A stretch of 64,000 nt of DNA from assembly GCA_965205215.1 (NCBI GenBank), contig OZ242041.1, positions 1,472,001 to 1,536,000 on the forward strand, read 5' to 3'. Positions 20,155 through 30,253 of the stretch are shown piece by piece. The notes beneath the pieces are model-generated. The model had not been told where the DNA came from and did no database searches. It saw only the letters and a program-made list of their open reading frames with translations. Position numbers and translations under genes: made by a program. Origin of the DNA: Nitrosopumilus sp. Lineage in GTDB: Archaea; Thermoproteota; Nitrososphaeria; Nitrososphaerales; Nitrosopumilaceae. Within the stretch, counting starts at the first letter, position 1. Every line of letters begins with the position of its first letter.

Positions 20155-20159
20155 CCGTC

Positions 20160-20339
20160 TCACCTGTTCTTCCTGAATCCCAGGGAGGGCGCAACCTCCC
20201 TAAAGCACCGCCGGCATATCATGAGGTTGTACTTTTGAATCACCGCGGTATAGTCGCCGCACCGCTTGCACCACCTTGAGCCGCGCCCAAAGTCGTGCTT
20301 TTTTCTCCCGGTAAACTCGTATGAACGGTCTTTTGCCAT
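20160..20339 (-). CDS. rps14: 30S ribosomal protein uS14 (zinc-binding)
   Basis: Hand translation: MAKDRSYEFTGRKKHDFGRGSRWCKRCGDYTAVIQKYNLMICRRCFREVAPSLGFRKNR. Confidence 0.97.
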   Translation of the reverse strand: MAKDRSYEFTGRKKHDFGRGSRWCKRCGDYTAVIQKYNLMICRRCFREVAPSLGFRKNR

Positions 20340-20344
20340 TGCTG

Positions 20345-20950
20345 CTACACCACCTGCACTCCGAACTCGGACGCCACGAACTCCTGCGCCTCTGCGCTCG
20401 TGATTGCGTGGGCGCGCCCGACGCTCGCCTTGTGCTTGCTGCGCTTGCGTATGGAGTATCCGGGGCGGGCGAGGGCGACTGAGACGCCGAGCCCGAGTAT
20501 GCCTATCTGCGGTTCGTACTTTACGCCCGGAATGTCGATGTGCTCCCCTATCCCAAAGGAGTAGTTTCCAAAGTTGTCAAAGGAGCGCCCGTTCACCGCG
20601 TTGCCCTTTGCCTCCAGCAGCCTCTTGAGCAGAGCCCTTGCCTCCTCGCCGCGGATCGTGACGGATACGCCTATGGGCTCGCCCTTGCGGACGCCCCAGT
20701 CGCGCTGGCTGCCCCTCGCGTCGCGCTGGCAGGGCTTGCGCCCCCCGGTGATCTGCTCGAGCGCCTTTTTTGCGATGTTGATGGCGTCCCCGGAGCGGCC
20801 CATGCCCATGTTGAGCACGACCTTTTCAAGGTATACGCGCCTCATCGGGTTCTTCGGCGCGGGGGCGGCAGCGGCAGTAGCGCCGCCGGCAGGCAGTTCG
20901 CGGTCTTGTTCCCCCCCCTCTATCGTCTCTGCCTGCTGTACCGACATCAT
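20345..20950 (-). CDS. rpl5: 50S ribosomal protein uL5 (N-terminal extension)
   Basis: NPMRR..LEKVVLNMG, WGVRKGEPIG, FDNFGNYSFGI. Confidence 0.97.
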   Translation of the reverse strand: MMSVQQAETIEGGEQDRELPAGGATAAAAPAPKNPMRRVYLEKVVLNMGMGRSGDAINIAKKALEQITGGRKPCQRDARGSQRDWGVRKGEPIGVSVTIRGEEARALLKRLLEAKGNAVNGRSFDNFGNYSFGIGEHIDIPGVKYEPQIGILGLGVSVALARPGYSIRKRSKHKASVGRAHAITSAEAQEFVASEFGVQVV

Positions 20951-20954
20951 GTCA

Positions 20955-21674
20955 TCACCTTATCGCAATAACGGGCTTGTCCCGTCCTATGGGCATTATT
21001 ATGTCCGCGGGGATCTCGATCTTGCGCTCCTCTAGGGCAAGCAGCACCCTCTTTGGCAGTATGAACGTGCCGGGCTCTATCGCCTCGATCTTACCCGTGC
21101 GGCCCGCGTTTATCCCCCTGGTCACCAGGGCCTGGCAGCCCTCCTCGAGCCTCAGGACCTCGAGTATCTTCTGCTCCGGCACCTGCAGCAGGCACGCGTC
21201 GCCCACGCTGAGATCGGTATTGGTGATGAGGGAGCGGCCGTCGTGGAACCCTACCTGGGTGCGGCCGCCGGAGATCGTGGTCTTGCTCTTTACCCTTGCA
21301 AGCTTCTTGGTGGTCTCCTTCCCGTCTGTAATCGTGATTGGCGCAAGCAGCCGCCCGTCGGTTGGCACCATCCTGTACGCGTCGGGCATGCCGTCAAGCT
21401 CCACCACGTCCATCAGCCCGATGGGGTGGTGCAGCGACTTTCTGACCACGCCGTCGACCCTTACCTTGCCGGCGTATATGGTGGACTTTGCCTCGCGCAG
21501 GCTGGTGACTATTTTGAGCATGTCGCGCAGAAAGACCGCCGTGGGAACCGCCACGTGCCTGCCGTGTGGTCCGGGCCTCGTGGTGACTACAAACCTCTTG
21601 TCCTTGCGCGTGATTCCCCAAAACAGCGGGGCCATCTGCCGCTTTAGCTTTTTGCTTCCGGATATGCTCACCAT
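20955..21674 (-). CDS. rps4e: 30S ribosomal protein eS4
   Basis: LKRQMAP..W, PGPH, PIGLMDV, FHDGR. Confidence 0.97.
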   Translation of the reverse strand: MVSISGSKKLKRQMAPLFWGITRKDKRFVVTTRPGPHGRHVAVPTAVFLRDMLKIVTSLREAKSTIYAGKVRVDGVVRKSLHHPIGLMDVVELDGMPDAYRMVPTDGRLLAPITITDGKETTKKLARVKSKTTISGGRTQVGFHDGRSLITNTDLSVGDACLLQVPEQKILEVLRLEEGCQALVTRGINAGRTGKIEAIEPGTFILPKRVLLALEERKIEIPADIIMPIGRDKPVIAIR

Positions 21675-22387
21675 TATACCTCATCTCCCGGGCGATTCTG
21701 CTTGGTTTTATCTGCTTGCCCGCCGTATTCGTTATCCTCCACATCGCTATCCCTGACGCCGTCAGCGTCGTTACCCGCATCGACACCCCTGTCCGCATCC
21801 TGGTCGCCGTCCTGGCCGTCATCTGCCTGCATGTCCTCGTCAGTCTCATCCGTGGTGGCCTGCGCGCCGTCTTGGGGCTCTGCGCCTGCCTCGGCGCCCC
21901 CCGGCGTTCCTGCTTGGAGGCGCTCGCCGCCAGTGGTCGCGGCGTCATCTGTAGCAGCAGCCGCAGCAGCCGCAGCAGCCGCAGCAGCGCCATCACCGGC
22001 CCCGGGGCCGTCCACGGTCTCGTCAGTCTCGTACTCGCCGGTCGCCCCGATCTTGTCACGGCGCCGCTGGTCACTCAGGTTCAGCCCGGTCACAAGGACG
22101 TTGGATGCGTGTATCATAACGTCAAACTTGTCCCCCTTTGCCTTTTCCTTCTTGACTCCCGCAACCGAGATGCGCCCAGACTCGACGTCGATCTTTTCCA
22201 CCTTGCCCGGCACGTCCGCGTACTCTCCGCGCTTTATCATCACCGTGTCGCCCTCCACGACCCTGATGCTGCGCCTGCCGTACTTTGAGCGGAGCCCGTT
22301 TGAGAGGTTTGCAGACACCTGCTTGCTTCGCAGGGTTTGGGACGCCCTGTAGATCTGCCTGTTTCTCATCTTCGTCGGCTTTACCAT
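21674..22387 (-). CDS. rpl24: 50S ribosomal protein uL24 with long acidic/poly-Ala tail
   Basis: [24 protein letters not shown]. Confidence 0.95.
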   Translation of the reverse strand: MVKPTKMRNRQIYRASQTLRSKQVSANLSNGLRSKYGRRSIRVVEGDTVMIKRGEYADVPGKVEKIDVESGRISVAGVKKEKAKGDKFDVMIHASNVLVTGLNLSDQRRRDKIGATGEYETDETVDGPGAGDGAAAAAAAAAAAATDDAATTGGERLQAGTPGGAEAGAEPQDGAQATTDETDEDMQADDGQDGDQDADRGVDAGNDADGVRDSDVEDNEYGGQADKTKQNRPGDEV

Positions 22388-22810
22388 TTACACCACCATC
22401 GACGCTAGGTTGGCCACCCTGGGCCACTTTTCAGAGGCTTCGGCCGCGACGGGGCCCTTTATGTCGGTGCCCTTCGTCTCGCCCTCCGGCGTGATCAGCA
22501 CCGCGGCGTTGTCCTCAAAGCAGACCCTGACGCCGTTGAGCCTGCGAACCGCGTACTTTTGGCGCACTATCACGGCCCCGTACACCTGCTTGCGGAGCTC
22601 GGCGGGTCCCTTCTTGACCACCACGTTGCAAAAGTCTCCCACCGCGGCGGCGGGAAGCCTGGACGCGCGCGTCTTGTGCCGCGGCACGTTTATCACCTCT
22701 AGTATCTTTGCGCCCGAGTTGTCGGCGCATACTATGTTGGCGCCCACCGGTATCGACCTTGTCACGTATGGGCGGAACTCCTCTACCCCCTTGCCGGCCT
22801 GCTTTGCCAT
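22388..22810 (-). CDS. rpl14: 50S ribosomal protein uL14
   Basis: CADNSGAK, FEDNAAV, IKGPVA. Confidence 0.97.
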   Translation of the reverse strand: MAKQAGKGVEEFRPYVTRSIPVGANIVCADNSGAKILEVINVPRHKTRASRLPAAAVGDFCNVVVKKGPAELRKQVYGAVIVRQKYAVRRLNGVRVCFEDNAAVLITPEGETKGTDIKGPVAAEASEKWPRVANLASMVV

Positions 22811-23175
22811 TACTTGCGCACCTCCACCACCACGTACGAGACCGACTTTGAGATCGGCCTGCACTCTGCTGCAAGGACGCTGTCGCCGTCCTGTACCTTG
22901 ATGCATCCGGGGACGTGCGCGTGTATGGTGCTCTTGTCCCTTGCGTACCTCTTGAACTTTGCAAAGTATACCGGGACGTCCTTTTGGAGCGTGGCAGTCT
23001 GCCTCGCCTTTGCGCCCGTCACGCGCCCGTCAAAGAGCTTCCCCCTGACTGACAGTCCCCCGTGGTACGGGCAGTTCCTGTCGCCGCACGGCTGCCCCGG
23101 CGCGCGTCCGGAGCCTACCCCGATGTTCCTGGCGCTGTCGCGTCCCTCGCTGCCGTTCTGATCCTTTTCTGACAT
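22810..23175 (-). CDS. rps17: 30S ribosomal protein uS17
   Basis: CGDRNCPYHG, ECRPISK; AGGAGG upstream. Confidence 0.95.
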   Translation of the reverse strand: MSEKDQNGSEGRDSARNIGVGSGRAPGQPCGDRNCPYHGGLSVRGKLFDGRVTGAKARQTATLQKDVPVYFAKFKRYARDKSTIHAHVPGCIKVQDGDSVLAAECRPISKSVSYVVVEVRK

Positions 23176-23191
23176 CCTGCACATCCTCCTC

Positions 23192-23584
23192 CTATGCCGC
23201 CGTCCTCTCAAACGGCCTCTTTAGCATGGCGTCCCCGCTTGCCTCGCCTATGCGCGCCCCGTTCCGCGAGAACTCTAGGACGGCCCCCCTCTTTGGGATC
23301 CCCTTTGGAGCGTCGCGGCAGAGCGGCCCCTCGCTGTGGTGAGGCGGCCGTCGGCCGGCGCGATCCCCGGCGTGCGCGCGCCGGTCTCCTCCCTCTGCAA
23401 TTGCAATCATCGACTTTGTCTCGTACTGGATCCTGCCGCTCAGGCCCACCAGCGACCGGTTCGGCGCGCCGAGTACCCTGACGTCCAGCCCGACAATCTC
23501 GTGGAACGGCACGTCTTCGGCAGATATGGCTGCGCGGTGCGCCGCATCCTTGGCGGCCAGGACCGGCATGGGCGTTACGGTCAC
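23192..23584 (-). CDS. rnp1: RNase P protein subunit p29 (Rpp29/POP4)
   Basis: HEIVGL.V, G.SG.I..ETK, IPK, RPFER; canonical position between rpl29 and rps17. Confidence 0.88.
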   Translation of the reverse strand: MTVTPMPVLAAKDAAHRAAISAEDVPFHEIVGLDVRVLGAPNRSLVGLSGRIQYETKSMIAIAEGGDRRAHAGDRAGRRPPHHSEGPLCRDAPKGIPKRGAVLEFSRNGARIGEASGDAMLKRPFERTAA

Positions 23585-23826
23585 TAGTCACCGCCCCCTC
23601 CGGACTCGAGTGACTGCGCGTACTCTTCCATCCTGATCTCGCTGAGGCGGGTCTCCATGCGGGCGATGTCGCGGCGTATGGGCCTCAGCCTGCCGCTGTC
23701 CTTTTTCAGCGTGCCCTTTGTTGCAACGACCCTCAGCTTTGCAAGCTCTCCCCTGGTTTCGCGTATCTTTCCCTCCAGTTCCTTCCTGTCGTATTCCCGT
23801 ATCACTGCCATGCTCCTCCTTCTCAT
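23584..23826 (-). CDS. rpl29: 50S ribosomal protein uL29
   Basis: [10 protein letters not shown]; operon position. Confidence 0.93.
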   Translation of the reverse strand: MRRRSMAVIREYDRKELEGKIRETRGELAKLRVVATKGTLKKDSGRLRPIRRDIARMETRLSEIRMEEYAQSLESGGGGD

Positions 23827-24647
23827 CTCATTGCGGCCTCCTCTTCTTCCATGGTGTCGAGCTCCTTTATGCGCTCCCCCTCTATCTTGATGTGCTCGGA
23901 CTCGGTGGCCGGGCTGCCGTCGCTTGGCGCGTCGGCATCCTTCGCCCCGCCGTCCGCTGCATTGCCGCCATCGCCACTCCCATCATCTTTATCATTATCG
24001 TCATCATCGACTCCGGCCTCCTCCCTTGCAATCTTTTTGGCCTTGGCAAGGTCTTCTGCCGATCTCATCTCGAACTCCGGAGGCCTCCGCTCCTTGTGCG
24101 CTATCCTTATCCGGACCCCGATGAGCCCCATCGGCGTGTTGACATGGGCTACGTCCTCGTCGACTATGACCTCCGCATGGTGCCCTGCGCGCGGCAGGAC
24201 GCCGGCGGTGTGCTTTTCAAAGGCCGAGCGGTCGCCCCTCAGTTTGCCGGAGACCGTAATCTGGACCCCCATGGCCCCGTTCTCCATGACCTGGTTGAGC
24301 GTCCACATGGTGGCCCTCCTGAACGCAGTACCGCGCTCCAGGTGTGCGGCCATCCTGTTGCACATCACGCTTGGCGAGAGCTCGGGCACCTCGATCTCGG
24401 TGACGGAGACCTGCGGGTTCTTCAGGCCAAAGTTGTGCTCGAGGCGCTCCGTCAGTTCGCGTATGCCCGTCCCCTTGCGCCCGATCACGATGCCCGGGCG
24501 CGTCACGTGCAGCGCGATGCGCGTACCCGTGGGGGTCTTTGATATCTCGGCGTGCGAGAAGCCGGCCTCCTTTATTGCCTGCTTGAGGTAGTCGTGCAGG
24601 AGCATCATATTGTAGTTGTCCTTTATGACGTTCTTTACGGCGGACAT
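23823..24647 (-). CDS. rps3: 30S ribosomal protein uS3 with acidic tail
   Basis: [24 protein letters not shown]. Confidence 0.97.
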   Translation of the reverse strand: MSAVKNVIKDNYNMMLLHDYLKQAIKEAGFSHAEISKTPTGTRIALHVTRPGIVIGRKGTGIRELTERLEHNFGLKNPQVSVTEIEVPELSPSVMCNRMAAHLERGTAFRRATMWTLNQVMENGAMGVQITVSGKLRGDRSAFEKHTAGVLPRAGHHAEVIVDEDVAHVNTPMGLIGVRIRIAHKERRPPEFEMRSAEDLAKAKKIAREEAGVDDDDNDKDDGSGDGGNAADGGAKDADAPSDGSPATESEHIKIEGERIKELDTMEEEEAAMR

Positions 24648-24648
24648 C

Positions 24649-25107
24649 TCATATCTCCCTTGCCACCAGTTCCAGGTGCGTCATTACGTTGTTCTTTGGG
24701 GTCGCCCTTCCCTGCGCCCTCGGTATGATGCGCTTTATCACGACGCCCTTGTGGACTGTCGCGTTGACTATCTTCAGCCTGTCCACGTCGAAGCCCTGGT
24801 ACCCGGCGTTCGCCTCCAAGTTGTCGAGGGCCCTTATGAACTCGTGCGCGGTCTTCTGGGGATAGCGGCCCGCCATCATGCCGGGATCCGAGCGGTGGCC
24901 GACCTGGCCCTTGTATCTTCCAAACGGTATGGCCCTCTCCTTGTTTGTCACGGCGGTAAGGTAGTCGCGCGCCTTTTCCAGGCTGAGCCCCGATATGGCC
25001 TTTGCGACCTCGCGGGCGTGCTTGTGCGACATGTCCTTATCCCGCACCGAGGCGCGGACGTGCTGCGTGGAGTCGAATCCCTGAAACGCATATCCGTACC
25101 GTGTCAT
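24649..25107 (-). CDS. rpl22: 50S ribosomal protein uL22
   Basis: [21 protein letters not shown]. Confidence 0.97.
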   Translation of the reverse strand: MTRYGYAFQGFDSTQHVRASVRDKDMSHKHAREVAKAISGLSLEKARDYLTAVTNKERAIPFGRYKGQVGHRSDPGMMAGRYPQKTAHEFIRALDNLEANAGYQGFDVDRLKIVNATVHKGVVIKRIIPRAQGRATPKNNVMTHLELVAREI

Positions 25108-25112
25108 AACAA

Positions 25113-25508
25113 TCACTTCAGCGGGACATAGAGGCTTGACCTCGAGGCCCCGACGCCCGGCGCGCCGTGGGAGACCTTTTTGTTAGTAATCACGTACTCG
25201 CCCAGGTAGTGGCCGATCATCTCCGGCCTCAGCAGGACGGGCGCAAACTCCTTGCCAGAAAACACGTTTACCGTAACGCCCATCATACTGGGCAGGATGA
25301 TGAGGTCGCGCAGGTGCGTCTTTATTGGGTTCGTAAGGGTTCCAGCCTTGGCCGCCTTTATCTCCTCTATGAGCTTGCGCTTTGAGTCGGTTATGCCCCT
25401 GGTAAGCGAGCGCCGCTGCCTGGAGTTCAGCAGCGAGAATACCTTCTCAAGGGACAACGACTCCAGTTCGGCAATCGGTATTCCGCGATAGTTGAACTCT
25501 TTTACCAT
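25113..25508 (-). CDS. rps19: 30S ribosomal protein uS19
   Basis: KTHLRD, MIGHYLGE, HGAPGVGASRSS. Confidence 0.97.
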   Translation of the reverse strand: MVKEFNYRGIPIAELESLSLEKVFSLLNSRQRRSLTRGITDSKRKLIEEIKAAKAGTLTNPIKTHLRDLIILPSMMGVTVNVFSGKEFAPVLLRPEMIGHYLGEYVITNKKVSHGAPGVGASRSSLYVPLK

Positions 25509-25786
25509 CTGTATGGCACCCCTCTGGTTTGCCCGGACCTGATGGCGGCCGCGCCGGCTGCTGCCGCGGCGTCCGTCATGCGTGATGCACCTGCAGTCAT
25601 TATGCGGGCCGTGCGTGGCAGGCGGTTATTATATGTGATGAAATTATTATCTGTCCGCGTCCGACATGCGATGCGGGCTGCCGGCGCCTTGGCGGGCATG
25701 CGTGTTGCCGTGGGTATGGTTGCCGTCATCTTCGCGCCCCTTGTCACCGTCGTCATCATCATCATCATTGTCCTTGCCACTCTCAG

Positions 25787-26089
25787 TCACAGCATTCCAA
25801 TGTCCGTCGCAAGATCCCTTGCCATCTCCGCGTTCTCAAACTGCACAAACGCCTTCTTGCCGTATATGGTCCGGGCCGTGTTGACACCGCGCGCCGTCTT
25901 TCCGTACAGCACCTTTATGGCGTCCGCAATCTCGTGCTTTGTCGCCGTGCGGCTTACGATAAAGCAGATCTTCGCCTCCGACTCTACCATCTCAAAGGTG
26001 CGTTCCGTCACGTAGGGCCTGATCATGATGCGCGCGGCGGTGTCGGCGTCCATCTCCCTTGCCTTGCCGCTGCCGCTGCCACTGCTCAT
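25787..26089 (-). CDS. rpl23: 50S ribosomal protein uL23
   Basis: PYVTE, VNT, GKKAFV. Confidence 0.95.
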   Translation of the reverse strand: MSSGSGSGKAREMDADTAARIMIRPYVTERTFEMVESEAKICFIVSRTATKHEIADAIKVLYGKTARGVNTARTIYGKKAFVQFENAEMARDLATDIGML

Positions 26090-27027
26090 TTCAGTTCTGC
26101 CTCCCTCGGTTTGTCGTCACCTGCGGGCTCGCCGCCGGGCATCATGCCCATCACGTCCAGGTGGGCGGATCTTACGCGCCCGAGCTGCTCGACTGCGGAC
26201 CTCGTAAACACAGTAAGCCTTATCGGATCCGAGCCCGGCGCCAAGTCAAGCACGCTCAGCTCGGAGACCCCGCGCGCCTCGACCCCCGGAAGGGACCCTA
26301 CGGCGCTCTTCAGCGGGACGTTGCCGTCGCCGGCCACCACAAACAGCACGCTCTTGCCCCTCTTCTTTGAGCGGCCCCTGAGCGAGGGGCGTCCGGAGCG
26401 GGCCTTGCGACTCCTGAGCCGCTCCACGTCGTCGCCGAGCCCGAGCTTTTCGACGAGCGCCAGCACCTCGCGGGTCGTTGCATGCTGTCCTATGTCGTCC
26501 TCTATTACAATTGGAAATACTCCCTTCATCCCGTCCGCGTACCCCGCGACCTTGTGCCCCCTCGACTCGACAATCCTCCTGGACGCCGTGGCCGCGACCG
26601 CGGAGCAGAACGCCAGCCTGCCCTCCTTCTTGTTGAGTTTCTTGTAGATGGCCTTTTCTGCAGCCGGCGGGTGGGCCTGCCTGCCTCCCCGGGTCGACGC
26701 GACCTCCGCGCCCTCGCCGCGGCGCCTCCCGCCGCCCCCGCGGGCCCTTGCAATGCGCGCAATGCCCCTTCCTGTGGGCGGATCGTTGGTGTCGGCCACC
26801 ACGTCCATGCCGGCCGTGGGATGCCTTCCCTGCGGCTGGAAGGAGTGCGAGGACAGGTGCACGAACGCCTTGTGTATCAGGTCGGGCCTGAACGGCGTCT
26901 GAAATATCGGCGGCAGCGGCAGCGCGTGGCCGGAAGAACCGTTATCGTCACCTGCAGGAGGCACCTCGCCGCTGGCTGGGATCACGGAGACTACTGCAGC
27001 TGCCGCGTTTGTATTGTTCCGGGCCAC
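26086..27027 (-). CDS. rpl4: 50S ribosomal protein uL4
   Basis: FRPDLI, TGRGIARI, RGGRQAHPP, LAPG; GTG start overlaps the rpl3 stop. Confidence 0.95.
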   Translation of the reverse strand: MARNNTNAAAAVVSVIPASGEVPPAGDDNGSSGHALPLPPIFQTPFRPDLIHKAFVHLSSHSFQPQGRHPTAGMDVVADTNDPPTGRGIARIARARGGGGRRRGEGAEVASTRGGRQAHPPAAEKAIYKKLNKKEGRLAFCSAVAATASRRIVESRGHKVAGYADGMKGVFPIVIEDDIGQHATTREVLALVEKLGLGDDVERLRSRKARSGRPSLRGRSKKRGKSVLFVVAGDGNVPLKSAVGSLPGVEARGVSELSVLDLAPGSDPIRLTVFTRSAVEQLGRVRSAHLDVMGMMPGGEPAGDDKPREAELK

Positions 27028-28154
27028 TATACCACGACCTCCAGTATGTTCGGCTTTGAGACCTTGGCGGGCTTGTTTCTGACCTGGCTTCGCAGCTTGA
27101 CAAGCCTCCTGTACGTTCCGGGAACCGAGCCCTTCAGGATTACGTACTCGCCCTTTACCAGCCCAAAGTGCTTGTAGCCCCCGGCCGGGTTGATGCCCCT
27201 GTTCTGCTGCTGCAGCTGCTGCGCGGATTGGGAGCCGGCGCCTCTGCGCCTTTTTACGCCGTCGGACTTCTTCGAGCCCGCGGCAGCGGCGGCGGACTGC
27301 GCCTCCATCTCCTGCCGCCTCTGCTCCTCCTCTGCCGTCGCGTCGCCCACTATCATTATCCTCTTGTTGTATTCGGTCCTCTGGTGGAAGCCGAACTGTC
27401 CGGCCCTCGGAACCGTATACATGACGCTCTGCGGCGATATGGGCCCAAGCGATCCGACCTCGCGCACGGTCTTTCTTGACTTGTGCTGCTTCTTCTTTAC
27501 GTTCCACCGCTTCAGGACGCCCTGCCATCCCTTGCCTTTTGTGATGGCCGCCACGTCAACGCTGGAGCCGGCCTCAAATGTGTCCGATATGCTGACCTGC
27601 TTGCCGAGCATCCCGCTCAAATACTCAAACTGTTGCGCGATGGTGCCGCCGCCCACCATGCCCTCAAATATGTAGGGGTTCTTCTGCTCCAGTCCCGCCT
27701 GCCTCGGCGAGACTGCCAGTATCGCGTACAGCTCGCTTATGCGGCCGAGTGACGCCTCCGCATTCTTGAGGGCGTTCTCGTCCCCGTTCTTTAGCTTGAT
27801 CACCTTTGCCATCTCGCGCGGCATGTCCTCCGCGTACACGTCGAATGCCGCGTACAGCCCGCGCGCGGCGTCCCTTGCATAGCCGCGAATACCCAGTATC
27901 AGCACCGGCGGGGTCGCAAGGACGGTTCCCAAGCTCACAAGCTGTTTGCCGGCGTTGGGCACCTTCTCCCTGTCGTCGATGCTTACTATCTGCACGCAGC
28001 CGGCCTTGAAGCCGCAGTGCGCAAGTATGCGGGGCTCCTGTGTCTCGTCAACCTCGGGCCACGCCCTTATGCGGGCCTCCATGCTCTTGGCCCTTGCGCG
28101 CGGCGAGTATGCCAGGCTTCCGCGCCGTGGCGAGTGTCTCTTTCTTGCACCCAT
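27027..28154 (-). CDS. rpl3: 50S ribosomal protein uL3 with internal low-complexity insertion
   Basis: PRRGSL..PR.RA, ITKGKGWQG, RAGQFGFHQRTEYNKR, KGSVPG. Confidence 0.97.
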   Translation of the reverse strand: MGARKRHSPRRGSLAYSPRARAKSMEARIRAWPEVDETQEPRILAHCGFKAGCVQIVSIDDREKVPNAGKQLVSLGTVLATPPVLILGIRGYARDAARGLYAAFDVYAEDMPREMAKVIKLKNGDENALKNAEASLGRISELYAILAVSPRQAGLEQKNPYIFEGMVGGGTIAQQFEYLSGMLGKQVSISDTFEAGSSVDVAAITKGKGWQGVLKRWNVKKKQHKSRKTVREVGSLGPISPQSVMYTVPRAGQFGFHQRTEYNKRIMIVGDATAEEEQRRQEMEAQSAAAAAGSKKSDGVKRRRGAGSQSAQQLQQQNRGINPAGGYKHFGLVKGEYVILKGSVPGTYRRLVKLRSQVRNKPAKVSKPNILEVVV

Positions 28155-28921
28155 GCTTGGGGCGTGAAATTTCCGCCTCTTTTAAACCCTTTTGCAGAGT
28201 GGTTAACCTTGTCGTGAGAGATATTAGCTATTTGTAACGGTGGGGCTTTCGTCTACGCTGCGGTTGTGGCTGCTGCTGCTGCTGCTGCTGCGGCTGTTGT
28301 TGTTGTTGCCGGATGGGTAAAAAGAAGCATGATCGACGGGCCTTGCATGCGCGTAAAGGTCTTGGAGCCTTGAGATGCCGCCTGCGCCTACTTGCCAACT
28401 TTGCTCAAGGCTGCCGGGCAGCTCCTGCAAATTCATTCTTGAAGGGAGGATCTATGCCTGTGGATTTGAATTCGGCATCGACCCTCGCCGTAGCGCAATC
28501 AATATATGAATCCGATGCCGTTACAAGTTGATCTTGGGAATGCCGCACGCAGCGCAACGCACTGGCAGCAGACTAACTTGTAGCCTTCCGACGGCTTGCG
28601 TACGCCGGAGTCTTGTAGCAGCACACAGAATGGCGCGTGCGCGCGATACCGGCATGTCCGGACGGGATAGATTGTTGTGACAGTTATGAAAGATGATAAG
28701 GGCGTGTCAGGTACGGGTGCGGCGGCATCTGGGGCGGCAGCAGCAGGTACGACGGTGTTGGAGCAATAGATGGACGCCGCCATAGTTCCCCCTGACACCT
28801 CCGTCATGATTTACAGAGCCGCAGCACGGGCCTTGCTCCGCGCCGCTTCACGCGGCATGCACGCGCCGTTGCAGAGGCGCACTGCGGCGGGATCCACGGC
28901 AGTCCAGGGAGGCGCCGCCGC

Positions 28922-30226
28922 ATGGTAGACATCTGGGTCGAGGCCGCCGCGCTCGCGGCGCTCTTGGGGCTGTCCGGATTCTTCAGCGGGCTCGAGGTGG
29001 CCCTGGTGGGCGTCCGCATGTCTGCCGTGGAGCAGATGCTCTCGGAGGGCAAGAAGGGCTCAAGGGCGCTGCACCGGCTAAAGTCCAACCCGGGATGGAT
29101 GATGTCAAGCGTCAACCTTGGAAACAACCTGGTCAACGTGGGCGCCTCGGCCCTTGCCACCAGCGTCGCAATCAGGCTGTTTGGAAACGAGGGGCTCGGG
29201 ATCGCCATCGGGGTGATGACCTTCCTCATACTGATATTCGGCGAGATCACGCCAAAGACGTACTGCAACGCGAACGCGGCAAAGATAGCGCTCCGGTACG
29301 CGCCAGTCCTGCTCGGGTTCAGCTATGCGCTGTACCCCGTGGTAAAGTTCTTTGAGATAGTGACGAGGCGCGTGGTGCGCCTGACGGGCAGCAGCGACTC
29401 CCCTCCCCCCATAACCGAGGAGGAGATACGGGGCGTGATAGAGCAGGGCCGCAAGGAGAAGGCCCTGGAAAAGGAGGAGGTCGACATGCTCCACGGGGCC
29501 CTGAGCTTTGACGACACCGTGATACGCGCCGTGATGACGCCGCGCACGAAGATGTTCGCGCTAAACGCGAGGATGATGCTCTTCGAGGCGCTCCCGGAGA
29601 TCAACCGCAGCGGCCACTCTAGGATACCGATATACGGCGACTCCGCGGACGACATCGTGGGTTTCATCCACGTCAGGGACGTGCTCAGGGAACTGGAGCG
29701 CGACAACAAGATGACCCGGCTCGACAAGATATCGCGCGAGGCCGTGTTCGCATCGCAGGAGAAGACGATAAGCGCCCTTTTGCGCGAGATGCAGGGGCGG
29801 CAGACGCACATGGCCATAGTGGTGGACGAGCACGGCGGCGTGGAGGGACTGGTGACGCTCGAGGACCTGCTGGAGGAGATCGTCGGCGAGATAGAGGACG
29901 AGACGGACGCCGCGCGGCGCGCAAAGTACACGCGCGTCGACGCGGACACCATAATCGCGGACGGGGACATCGAGATCGATGCGGTGAACGAGGCGCTCGG
30001 GGCAAGCGTCCCGATGGGCGACGACTATGCGTCGCTCAGCGGGCTGCTGCATGAGAAGCTGCAGGACATACCGCAGGCCGGCGACAAGGTGGAGGTCGGG
30101 GGGCTGCGCATCATAGTCGAGAAGACCTCGAGGAACGTCCCGCAAAAGGTCCGGATAGAGAGGACCGCGGAGGCGGCGGCAGGCGGCGCCGCGTCAAGAA
30201 ACGGCGGCAGCGGCAGCGGCGCATGA
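28922..30226 (+). CDS. CNNM/HlyC/CorC family transporter (DUF21 + 2 CBS + CorC)
   Basis: SGFFSGLEVAL, FGEITPK, SGHSRIP, VDEHGG..G.VTLEDLLEEIVGEI. Confidence 0.93.
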   Translation: MVDIWVEAAALAALLGLSGFFSGLEVALVGVRMSAVEQMLSEGKKGSRALHRLKSNPGWMMSSVNLGNNLVNVGASALATSVAIRLFGNEGLGIAIGVMTFLILIFGEITPKTYCNANAAKIALRYAPVLLGFSYALYPVVKFFEIVTRRVVRLTGSSDSPPPITEEEIRGVIEQGRKEKALEKEEVDMLHGALSFDDTVIRAVMTPRTKMFALNARMMLFEALPEINRSGHSRIPIYGDSADDIVGFIHVRDVLRELERDNKMTRLDKISREAVFASQEKTISALLREMQGRQTHMAIVVDEHGGVEGLVTLEDLLEEIVGEIEDETDAARRAKYTRVDADTIIADGDIEIDAVNEALGASVPMGDDYASLSGLLHEKLQDIPQAGDKVEVGGLRIIVEKTSRNVPQKVRIERTAEAAAGGAASRNGGSGSGA

Positions 30227-30253
30227 CGCGCCCCGTGCCAGATCCGCGCCGGA

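Noticed and set aside
25509-25786. rpl2 is missing between rpl23 and rps19
   Set aside because: As I recall, rpl2 is relocated in Nitrosopumilales generally; the gap holds a TATA-like element and simple repeats.
27028-27528. 480-aa version of uL4
   Set aside because: The extension overlaps rpl3 out of frame; the real start is GTG 27027.
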